A stretch of DNA of 22,970 nucleotides from an uncultured Candidatus Poseidoniales archaeon. GTDB taxonomy: Archaea; Thermoplasmatota; Poseidoniia; Poseidoniales; CAYMED01. Below are positions 1-7,979 of this stretch, in pieces (the first letter of the stretch is position 1; every line of letters starts with the position of its first letter). The position numbers and the translations under genes were made by a program. Location of the stretch: NCBI GenBank assembly GCA_964389655.1, contig CAYMED010000026.1:1-22970 (forward strand), in the 5' to 3' direction. The notes under the pieces are model-generated. The model did not search any database. It saw nothing but the letters and a program-made list of their open reading frames with translations, and was not told the origin of the DNA.

Positions 1-1150
1 GGGCATGCATCACTGAGGTCCACGACGCCATCATTATCATCATCCGCATCTTCATCATCACTGCAACCATCAAGGTCGTGGTCACTACTCTGAAGGCGAC
101 CAGTGGGGCACAAATCAGCAGTATCTTCGAGACCATCATCATCATCATCGAGGTCTTCATCTAAGTCCCTACATCCATCAGCGTCCCAATCAGTCACGCG
201 CCCGGATCGCCATCCAGTATGACCCAATGGGCAGCGGTCATCTGAATCTGCAACTCCATCGCCATCGTCATCATAATCCTCATCATTCCCACAGCCATCA
301 CCATCAGGATCCTCTGAAGGATCCGGCGTTGTACAATTTTCCCCCGGATCAATATCAACGTCGACACCCACCGTAACGCCTTCTTCGGCATCAGTGCAAC
401 CATCTCCATCTTGGTCAGAGCCGGTTCTCATTCCCCGTGGGCAAGCATCATTGATGTCATCGCGGCCATCATCATCGTCATCTGAATCTTCATCGTCCTT
501 ACAACCGTCTTGATCATGATCGGGACCTGAAAGCAGACCAAGAGGGCATTGATCCAGTGTATCATTCAGGCCATCATTGTCATCATCGAGATCTTCCCCT
601 TGATCTTGACAGCCATCCGAGTCATGGTCAGTAATAGAGCCAGAATACCAATTCATCGTTCCATTTCGGCATTGGTCATTCTCATCCATGATGGCATCAT
701 CATCGTCGTCTCGATCTTCTGCATCAAAGCAGCCATCACCGTCTGAATCTATGCCCACCAGCAAACCCATCGGGCAGGCATCAACACCATCTTCCATACC
801 ATCACCATCATCATCACCATCCTCTGCATCCATGCACCCATCACTGTCATGGTCAGTACCCATTAGGAGACCAAGGCTGCAAGAATCGACTGTATCATTC
901 AGGCCATCATTATCATCATCGAGGTCTTCAGAATTAAAACAGCCATCGCGATCATGATCACTGCCACTCTGAGACCCCAAGGGACAAGCATCAACAGTAT
1001 CATTGAAACCATCCTCATCGTCATCGATATCTTCTGTTGAATCCTCACAACCATCATTATCGTGATCTGTGGTGGGATTTGAGGTCCATGAGGATGCTCC
1101 ATCATGGCAATTATCTAGGACATTGGTAAACCCATCACCATCCATATCTC
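1..1150 (-). repeat. Tandem protein-level TSP3-like repeats (~30-35 aa period, e.g. DHDSDGCQDQGEDLDDDNDGLNDTLDQCPLG)
   Basis: About 10-11 degenerate units, visible on the + strand as recurring catcatcatc/cagccatc runs. One irregular unit (DQDGDGCTDAEEGVTVGVDVDIDPGENCTTPDPSE) lies near 315-415. Confidence 0.88.
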
Positions 1151-2396
1151 GGGATCCAAGTGCAGTTGTGTTCACTCCCAATCCTATCGGTGTTGCCAAA
1201 CTTGAACGCTTGTAAGCTGAAGCTGAATTTTGTGAATTAATCCCGAGATAGTAGTCCCTACCCCAGCAAGTTGTACTGCTATCATTTAGTAAAATGCAGG
1301 TTGTCAGACTTGATCCTGCGATTTGAACTGCCGTTCGATTAACTGGTAATACAGGGTCTGAAGACTGATAATTAGAATCTGATCCCCAGCAGGTTACATT
1401 CCCATCATCTAGGATGGCACACGAATGATACCAACCCATCGATAGAGAGACTGCGGTTCTATTTTGAGGGATGGATTGAACAAGAACGGGAGTCGTTCTT
1501 GATGTTGTATTTTTATCACCTAACTGTCCATAACCTCCGTCCCCCCAGCACCAAACTTGAGAATTCTCAAGGAGAGCACAACTGTGCTGATATCCCGCAT
1601 CGAGATCAATAACTCGGCTTGCTGATGGTATTCCAGTCTGAACAAATGAATGCCTCTGAGTGGTCGAAGCATCTCCCAGTTGACCTGCAGAATTTGTTCC
1701 TGCACACCAGACATCATAATCATGGGAAATGATGCAAGTGAACAGATATCCAGCAGTAACGGCACGAACTTTTTTTGTGGGGGTTTTCGACATGATAGGG
1801 AAGTTTTGATTTTTCGTTTGCACAGAATCCTCATAGGATAACTGACCCGTGCTATCACTTCCCCAGCACCACAGCGATCGACTCTCCATAATCGCACACG
1901 TGTGTGATTCACCCATTCCAATCGAAACGACTGAAAGGTGAGCAGGTAAACTCACAAGTTGTGGGGTATACCGAGTTCCACCTGTTCCATCTCCGAGTGC
2001 ACCACTCGGATTATTCCCCCAACAATACAATTCACCCGTATTCATGATCCCGCATGTCTGTCGATAATTTGCATCGAGACTCTTCAGGGTTTTACCAGTT
2101 GGAAGATCGATTGACGCAGGACTACGCAAGAAATTGGTGTTCCCATTTCCACTTTGGCCATTGCCATTCTCACCCCAGCACAGACCAGAACTATCTTTTT
2201 TGATCACGCAAGTGTGGTACTCACCCGATGCAATCGTGACTTCATCAAAGGCAGTTCCATGGCTCCCACCTATAGGAATCGAAGGCCCCGGAGCGGCCTC
2301 AACAGTTGGAATAAAAGACAACAATCCTGCACTCAGTAGAAGTGCAATGGCGGCGAAAAATGGCGCGTACCGCGCAGGTGTGCGATGATCGCCCAT
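1..2396 (-). CDS. Secreted/surface protein, partial (3' end beyond window): signal peptide + 7 RCC1-like repeats + >=10 TSP3-like Ca-binding Asp-rich repeats
   Basis: Manual translation from ATG 2396 (alternative ATG 2405; in-frame TGA at 2409-2411) is open to position 1, about 798 aa. It starts MGDHRTPARYAPFFAAIALLLSAGLLSFIPTVEA. Seven RCC1-like blades follow (HTCVIKKDSSGLCWG, QTCGIMNTGELYCWG, HTCAIMESRSLWCWG, FTCIISHDYDVWCAG, HSCALLENSQVWCWG, HSCAILDDGNVTCWG, TTCILLNDSSTTCWG), then DxDxDGCxDxEDxDDDxDG..D.CP repeats. It is absent from the ORF track because no stop lies inside the window. Confidence 0.93.
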   Translation of the reverse strand, partial: MGDHRTPARYAPFFAAIALLLSAGLLSFIPTVEAAPGPSIPIGGSHGTAFDEVTIASGEYHTCVIKKDSSGLCWGENGNGQSGNGNTNFLRSPASIDLPTGKTLKSLDANYRQTCGIMNTGELYCWGNNPSGALGDGTGGTRYTPQLVSLPAHLSVVSIGMGESHTCAIMESRSLWCWGSDSTGQLSYEDSVQTKNQNFPIMSKTPTKKVRAVTAGYLFTCIISHDYDVWCAGTNSAGQLGDASTTQRHSFVQTGIPSASRVIDLDAGYQHSCALLENSQVWCWGDGGYGQLGDKNTTSRTTPVLVQSIPQNRTAVSLSMGWYHSCAILDDGNVTCWGSDSNYQSSDPVLPVNRTAVQIAGSSLTTCILLNDSSTTCWGRDYYLGINSQNSASAYKRSSLATPIGLGVNTTALGSRDMDGDGFTNVLDNCHDGASSWTSNPTTDHDNDGCEDSTEDIDDDEDGFNDTVDACPLGSQSGSDHDRDGCFNSEDLDDDNDGLNDTVDSCSLGLLMGTDHDSDGCMDAEDGDDDGDGMEDGVDACPMGLLVGIDSDGDGCFDAEDRDDDDDAIMDENDQCRNGTMNWYSGSITDHDSDGCQDQGEDLDDDNDGLNDTLDQCPLGLLSGPDHDQDGCKDDEDSDDDDDGRDDINDACPRGMRTGSDQDGDGCTDAEEGVTVGVDVDIDPGENCTTPDPSEDPDGDGCGNDEDYDDDGDGVADSDDRCPLGHTGWRSGRVTDWDADGCRDLDEDLDDDDDGLEDTADLCPTGRLQSSDHDLDGCSDDEDADDDNDGVVDLSDAC

Positions 2397-2535
2397 GCAA
2401 TTCATTATTCATCATTACACTTGAGTTCTTCCACCAGAGAACTACACCTTTGGAAGCAAGAAAAAAATAGGCGAGGCGGAGCAAAAAAACATTTCGAAAG
2501 GCAATGGTGATGGAGTGCGAACCCCACTGCGGCTC

Positions 2536-4359
2536 ATGGCGAATGCTGAGGTAAGCGAGGCGGAGCGGGAGAAAGCAATCAAGGGATGGTGCCTCTATGA
2601 TTGGGCGAATTCGACCTTTTCAACCTCGGTTGTCGTTGCGATTTTACCGGTATATTTTGTATTTTTATTCCAACAGGCAAATGGGACAGAAACCTCGATT
2701 CTTGGCATAAAAGTTACTGCATCTAGCATGTGGGCTTGGGGAGTCACATTCGCCTCAATTGTTGTCGCCATCATATCCCCTGGACTGGGCATCATAGCCG
2801 ATCGAGTGCCCATCAAGATGCTCCTGATGCGTATTTTCACGGCCATAGGTGCGGGGGCAACGGTCCTATTTGGTGCAACTCTCTTCTTCTCATATAATTG
2901 GGCATGGATCTGGGTTTGGATTCTTTTCCTTGTAGCAAATCTTGGATTTATGGCTGCAACCTCAGTATACAATTCCTTGCTGCCACATCTTGGAAATGAC
3001 GATGAGATGGACCGAATATCCAGTAGGGGATTCGCGTGGGGATACATTGGGGGAGGCCTATTGCTAGTCATTCATCTTCTGATGGTTACGGTGATCGTGG
3101 ATGAAGCGGGCAGCACGCAATCATGGGTCGTGCCCTTTTGCTTGGCTAGTGCAGGTGCATGGTGGTGGGGTTTTGCAATCCTCACATTTCGATGGATACC
3201 TGAACCTGAAATCGAGAACCAAATGGAGCCCATGGGTGTCATGGATGCGACAAAACTTGCGGTATCTGAACTCAAAACAACGCTAAGTGAGATCGGACGT
3301 TTCCGTACGCTTGTCTTCTACCTAGTTGCCTATTTGCTTTTCATTGACGGTGTCAATACAGTTGTCAATCTAGCAGGAGTATTTGGGGCTGATGAATTGG
3401 GTGTTGCCCTGACATTCAACATGCTTGTAATCCTCTTGATACAATTTACTGCTGCACCTGCCGCCATGCTTTTTGCTACAATTGCTGAGCGAACCTCTAC
3501 GAAAGCAGCCCTTACTGCAACTCTGATTGGCTGGTGCCTCGTTATTTTCGCAGCGGTAGGCTTTGCACCGCTAGAACTCGATGCACACGAGGAACATGAC
3601 ATACAACTGGACTGGGATAACTCGACATCGAATTATACTGTGTCCATCCTTGATTCTGGAAGAGTCGCTTTGGGACAATCATCCCAGGATCAAGTACTCC
3701 GTGGAGCACACGGAGATATACTTCCTCTCAATGAAAATGGGGATTTCAACACCTCTGCAACAGGAAGCGCAAATGAGACTGAGGCTGCGATGCTCCTTGC
3801 TGAGATACATGACACACGTTGGTCAGTTGCACTTCGAGGAGGTCCCATAGACAGCACAAATGGGTCTTGCCCGTTATTTCAGGCCAATGTCCCAAGCACA
3901 TCACATCCAGCTGATTGTCGCATTCTCGGCACCGAACATCCCACTCATCTAGGAGACGGGGCAGTCGATGTTATTCCAACAACCATGCGAAGCTGGATTT
4001 GGAGTCCTCTAGGTCTATCGATCAATTTGCAGTGGCTTGTATTGGGCCTTCTCGGCGGCCTCATGATGGGCGGCAGTCAGGCACTTGCACGTAGCATGTT
4101 TGGCATGATGATCCCGGAAACGCGCTCAACTGAGTTCTTTGGCTTCTTTGGCTTCACACAGAAAGTTGCGGCAGTCACTGGCCCACTTATGTATGGCATT
4201 ATCGTGGCAGTGTTAGATGCGAGAACAGCAATTCTCTCAATTACACTCCTCATTGTGATCGGCACAGCAATGCTAACTCGTGTGGATGTAGGAAAAGGCA
4301 TCCAAGATGCAAAAGACGAAGATGAGCGGCGAAGAGGGCTAGCCTCAGAAAGTGAATGA
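2536..4359 (+). CDS. MFS transporter, Atg22/UMF1 (BtlA-like) family, with a large inserted hydrophilic loop
   Basis: Family motifs WCLYDWANSTF, YNSLLP, ISSRGFAWGYIGG, LFIDGVNT, GGSQALARS and EFFGF, with about 12 hydrophobic segments. ATG 2536 (MANAEV) is preferred over GTG 2515. Confidence 0.88.
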   Translation: MANAEVSEAEREKAIKGWCLYDWANSTFSTSVVVAILPVYFVFLFQQANGTETSILGIKVTASSMWAWGVTFASIVVAIISPGLGIIADRVPIKMLLMRIFTAIGAGATVLFGATLFFSYNWAWIWVWILFLVANLGFMAATSVYNSLLPHLGNDDEMDRISSRGFAWGYIGGGLLLVIHLLMVTVIVDEAGSTQSWVVPFCLASAGAWWWGFAILTFRWIPEPEIENQMEPMGVMDATKLAVSELKTTLSEIGRFRTLVFYLVAYLLFIDGVNTVVNLAGVFGADELGVALTFNMLVILLIQFTAAPAAMLFATIAERTSTKAALTATLIGWCLVIFAAVGFAPLELDAHEEHDIQLDWDNSTSNYTVSILDSGRVALGQSSQDQVLRGAHGDILPLNENGDFNTSATGSANETEAAMLLAEIHDTRWSVALRGGPIDSTNGSCPLFQANVPSTSHPADCRILGTEHPTHLGDGAVDVIPTTMRSWIWSPLGLSINLQWLVLGLLGGLMMGGSQALARSMFGMMIPETRSTEFFGFFGFTQKVAAVTGPLMYGIIVAVLDARTAILSITLLIVIGTAMLTRVDVGKGIQDAKDEDERRRGLASESE

Positions 4360-5018
4360 GGAAAATATATCAAAAATGTGATGAAAATCTAGAATTGATG
4401 GCCATGTCTAGTGATTCTGTTCTATACTATATCTCAGATCCGATGTGTTCATGGTGCTGGGGCTTCAAAGAAGCAAGAGACGAGGTATTCAACATAATCG
4501 GGGAAGGTAAAAGGCTCAAATTCGTGATGGGTGGGCTAGCCAAGGATTCGGATGAACTGATGCCTGAGGAAACGAAATCCTACGTCAAAGATGCTTGGCG
4601 TAAAGTCATGGCACGGACTGGTGCTGAATTCAACTGGGATTTCTGGGATAAATGTCAGCCACGACGCTCAACCTACCCTGCTTGTCGTGCCGTCATTGCA
4701 GCAGAAGAGAAGGGCCCACAGATGTTCGATCGCATCCAGCAGGCTTACTATCTTGAAGCGAGAAATCCCTCGGATGTGGGGGTTCTTTGCTCTCTTGCTG
4801 CAGAACTTGGCCTGGACGAAGATAAATTTCGCGCGGATTTAGCATCTGCAGAAGTTGAGGCAGAATTGCAGGAAGGATTCAGCACTCGAAGGCGGCTAGG
4901 CGCCTATTCCTTTCCGAGTCTGATCTTGGAAAGCGATGGAAAGGTGCATTTCCTTTGTGAGGGGTATTCCTCGGCTCACGAGATTCTCCAGAAGTGGAAT
5001 GGAATCGGCCGGATCTGA
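4356..5018 (+). CDS. DsbA/FrnE-like thioredoxin-fold protein (CSWC)
   Basis: YYISDPMCSWCWG active site, RSTYPACRAV and a cis-Pro-type SFPSL motif. The ATG overlaps the MFS stop (ATGA); the true start may be a downstream ATG (MAMSSD). No signal peptide. Confidence 0.85.
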   Translation: MRKIYQKCDENLELMAMSSDSVLYYISDPMCSWCWGFKEARDEVFNIIGEGKRLKFVMGGLAKDSDELMPEETKSYVKDAWRKVMARTGAEFNWDFWDKCQPRRSTYPACRAVIAAEEKGPQMFDRIQQAYYLEARNPSDVGVLCSLAAELGLDEDKFRADLASAEVEAELQEGFSTRRRLGAYSFPSLILESDGKVHFLCEGYSSAHEILQKWNGIGRI

Positions 5019-5027
5019 AGGAACCCC

Positions 5028-6362
5028 TCACTCGGCTTCTGCTGTGAAAGTACGCTCATCCATCAACCTGAGGGGCGCTTGTAAGACCAGTGCAAAGAGG
5101 ACAAATACACCACAAACCCAAAATGCAGTTTTATGGTCAAAAATCCCTCCATTTGTGGATGTTAACGACCAAACGACCCCACCTAACAAGGGGCCAATAA
5201 TACGAGCAAGTGAGCCGGCTGCCTCTTGAGCACCCATAACAATTCCAAGGTCGCTTCCTGACGCACGAGCACTCCGCGTGAGAATGGATGCTTGTGCTGG
5301 TTGATATGTCCCATTTCCAAATGCGATGAAGATGCAAGCAATGATCATGCCCGGCCAAGCAAAGTGAGCTGGGAATTGAGGAATGAGGACAAGGCCAAAA
5401 CCGCAAAAAAACAACCCTAGGGGCATCATCCGCCTACTTCCGAGGGTTTTCGACATTTTTCCCACGAGGCCTCCCTGAACGATAATTCCACAAACACCAA
5501 GCAGTGCGAAAAGGCGACCATTATCCGCTTCATTCATCGAATATCCCCCCTGCTCAACTGGCATCATTGTTTGAAGAATGAAAACCGCATGCATGACAGT
5601 AAACCCAATCATAAAGCAAAAAGAAACAAGAACCAAAGAACCAACTGTTGGCATTCGCATCACACGAACAACCGAGCGAAACGAATTTCCCAACATCTCG
5701 ATAGGGTTTCGAGCAATATCATCAGTTCTATCAGCAGGAGGAAGGGATTCGGGCAAATTGAAAATTCCAAATCCTAGCGAAATTAGAGAAAGCGCGCTTG
5801 CCACGAGGCATGGCAGAAGATAGGGGTACTGCTGCCACATATTGGCGCTGAATAGATCGGGCCAGCGTGAAGCAGGGTCTGAAAGTTCACCACCAATGAA
5901 TGGGCCAATGGCAAACCCTAGGCCGAATGCAACACCAATTAGTCCCATCCTAGCCGTCAATTTGCTCGGGTCGCTGACATCTCCAATGTAGGCTCGAGCA
6001 ACCGCAATATTAGCATTGAATGCTCCAGCAAAGAAACGTGCAAGAAGAGCGACAGACAGTGTCCAAGCAATGCCAAAAAGTGCAAATGAGAGAGTATTAC
6101 CGACAAGCCCAATCAAAATAATTGGACGCCTGCCAACGCGATCAGACAACCCACCCCAAACTGGCGTCATGAGGAACTGAGCAAGAGAATACGCAGCCAT
6201 GAGAAGGCCGACCCACATCCCAGTAAGATGAGCATCCTCGGTAGAAATGAGACCCTCGACGAGAAATGTCATGAAGGGAATAATAATTCCAAATCCAATC
6301 ATGTCAATTACAACGACGAGAAAGAGTATGATGAGGGCTCTCCTCTCACTCCCCTCGTCCAT
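5028..6362 (-). CDS. MFS transporter, DHA1/TetA-like family
   Basis: IDMIGFGIIIP, motif A GGLSDRVGRRP, ARFFAG, motif C GFAIGPFIGG, LPESL and ARIIGPLLGG, with 12 TM. Substrate unknown. Confidence 0.9.
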   Translation of the reverse strand: MDEGSERRALIILFLVVVIDMIGFGIIIPFMTFLVEGLISTEDAHLTGMWVGLLMAAYSLAQFLMTPVWGGLSDRVGRRPIILIGLVGNTLSFALFGIAWTLSVALLARFFAGAFNANIAVARAYIGDVSDPSKLTARMGLIGVAFGLGFAIGPFIGGELSDPASRWPDLFSANMWQQYPYLLPCLVASALSLISLGFGIFNLPESLPPADRTDDIARNPIEMLGNSFRSVVRVMRMPTVGSLVLVSFCFMIGFTVMHAVFILQTMMPVEQGGYSMNEADNGRLFALLGVCGIIVQGGLVGKMSKTLGSRRMMPLGLFFCGFGLVLIPQFPAHFAWPGMIIACIFIAFGNGTYQPAQASILTRSARASGSDLGIVMGAQEAAGSLARIIGPLLGGVVWSLTSTNGGIFDHKTAFWVCGVFVLFALVLQAPLRLMDERTFTAEAE

Positions 6363-6501
6363 ATTCCGCAGTCGGATGGCAGATGTTATTGAATCCCCAC
6401 TGAAACTTGACTGCGAAGGTACACCATCTGAAATTCAGGCATTGCTCAGAGGATTGTAGCCCCAATCATGATGAGTAAGATGGTTCAGGACTTCTTGGGG
6501 A

Positions 6502-6508
6502 GAGGTGA
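6502..6508 (+). promoter_or_regulatory. Possible Shine-Dalgarno (GAGGTGA) immediately before the ATG at 6509
   Basis: Complementary to the TCACCTC anti-SD of the 16S in this same window. The spacing to the ATG is unusually short. Confidence 0.4.
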
Positions 6509-7975
6509 ATGACGAACTACGGATTCGTCATCGACAACCGCACATGCATTGGTTGTCATGCGTGTACCGTTGCTTGTAAATCTGAGCACAACATACCCGT
6601 CGGCGTCAACCGAACGCACGTCAAATATATCGAAAAAGGAGTGTATCCAAACACGACAAGAGAATTCAGTGTTCATCGGTGTAACCACTGCGAAGATGCA
6701 CCCTGTGCGACGATTTGCCCAACCACGGCCCTATGGACACGTGCAGATGGAATCGTCGATTTTGATGATGAAAGGTGCATAGGATGCAGATCATGCATGC
6801 AAGCCTGCCCATATGATGCACTCTACATCGATCCAAATCAGGGAACTGCTGCAAAGTGTAACTATTGCGCTCACAGAATTGAAGAATCATACGAACCTGC
6901 ATGCGTCATCGTTTGTCCCACTGAATCAATCACGTCTGGAAATTTGGATGACCCCTCTTCAAAAATCGCCAAATTGGTGGCAGAAAATGAGACGAGAGTA
7001 CGAAAGCCTGAGGCATTAGCAAAGCCAAATGTATACTATCTGAGTACAAGCCAAGAGATGCTCAATCCTGAAGCAACAGCATGGAAAAGTGGGGGTATGT
7101 GGACCGAACAAGAAGCAGGTGTAGGCCATTTTGCAAAGTATGCGAGTAAACGAATCGAAGCATCGGATACACCATCGATGCTTGTTCAACTGGCTCTAGA
7201 GAAAAAGGCAAAAGAAGCCGCGCCTCGAGACCAAGCAATCATTCGAGACGTGGCCTCAAAATTGAGGCAAGACGGTGCAAATCCAAAGCGAGTCTACGAT
7301 CAACCCTCTAAAGGCATCTTGTGGGACTCAGAGGTCGCTGGATATATCATCACCAAGGGAATCGCATCTGGACTCTACCTGTTTATGCTTCTTGGCGCAT
7401 TGTTGCTCAGTGACGAATATCTTGCAGAGTCAAATTTCATTGCCATCACCGGAAGTATAATTCTTATCCTGATGGGGTTAACAGCCCTTCTTCTCGTGAA
7501 AGATTTGGATCGACCAAAGAGATTCATCTACGTCTTGTTGCGGCCAAATTTCAAGTCATGGCTGGTAAAAGGAGGGTATATTATTGGAGCGTTTTCAACG
7601 ATCGTCTTGTTACAAGTCTTGGTTGATATAACGGGTCTAGACCCAAATCTTCACTATTTTCTATTCTTCATCGGAGCCCCTTTGGCATGGATGACGGGTA
7701 CATACACAGGTTGGCTACTGAAGCAGGCAAAGGGTAGGACGGAATGGGCGGGTAGAAGTGGAATTAGAATCGCAGTTACGGGTACATTTGAGTTACTCTA
7801 CCTCGGATTCCTAATCCCTGCTTTGGCCCTTTTGCAGGGGGGGACCCCAAACCCAGAATTCACACAGGAGATACAACTTTCCACCCTCGGAGTGGTTTGG
7901 ATGCTCATGCTTATCCTCGGATTTAGGCATATCCGAACAGACCTGAGAAAGGCACAAATGGTGCCACTATTGTAA
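6509..7975 (+). CDS. 4x[4Fe-4S] electron-transfer subunit (DmsB/NrfC/PsrB-like) fused to an NrfD/PsrC-like membrane anchor
   Basis: CIGCHACTVAC, CNHCEDAPCATICP, CIGCRSCMQACPY and KCNYC...PACVIVCP clusters. The C-terminal membrane part carries the NrfD-type DLDRPKRF and SWLVKGG motifs and about 6 hydrophobic segments. Confidence 0.92.
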   Translation: MTNYGFVIDNRTCIGCHACTVACKSEHNIPVGVNRTHVKYIEKGVYPNTTREFSVHRCNHCEDAPCATICPTTALWTRADGIVDFDDERCIGCRSCMQACPYDALYIDPNQGTAAKCNYCAHRIEESYEPACVIVCPTESITSGNLDDPSSKIAKLVAENETRVRKPEALAKPNVYYLSTSQEMLNPEATAWKSGGMWTEQEAGVGHFAKYASKRIEASDTPSMLVQLALEKKAKEAAPRDQAIIRDVASKLRQDGANPKRVYDQPSKGILWDSEVAGYIITKGIASGLYLFMLLGALLLSDEYLAESNFIAITGSIILILMGLTALLLVKDLDRPKRFIYVLLRPNFKSWLVKGGYIIGAFSTIVLLQVLVDITGLDPNLHYFLFFIGAPLAWMTGTYTGWLLKQAKGRTEWAGRSGIRIAVTGTFELLYLGFLIPALALLQGGTPNPEFTQEIQLSTLGVVWMLMLILGFRHIRTDLRKAQMVPLL

Positions 7976-7979
7976 TGGG

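Noticed and set aside
1-1150. Periodic catcatc repeats as a possible CRISPR array or DNA satellite
   Set aside because: They are degenerate at synonymous positions and in frame as Asp codons, with no identical direct repeats separated by unique spacers.
194-2484. Short ORFs listed in the track across 194-2484
   Set aside because: They are antisense or alternate-frame shadows of the long RCC1/TSP3 ORF; the Met/Ile/Ser-rich composition comes from GAT repeats.
5028-6362. tetA antibiotic-resistance call
   Set aside because: Only family-level DHA1 motifs are present, with no tetR or mobile context; substrate unsupported.
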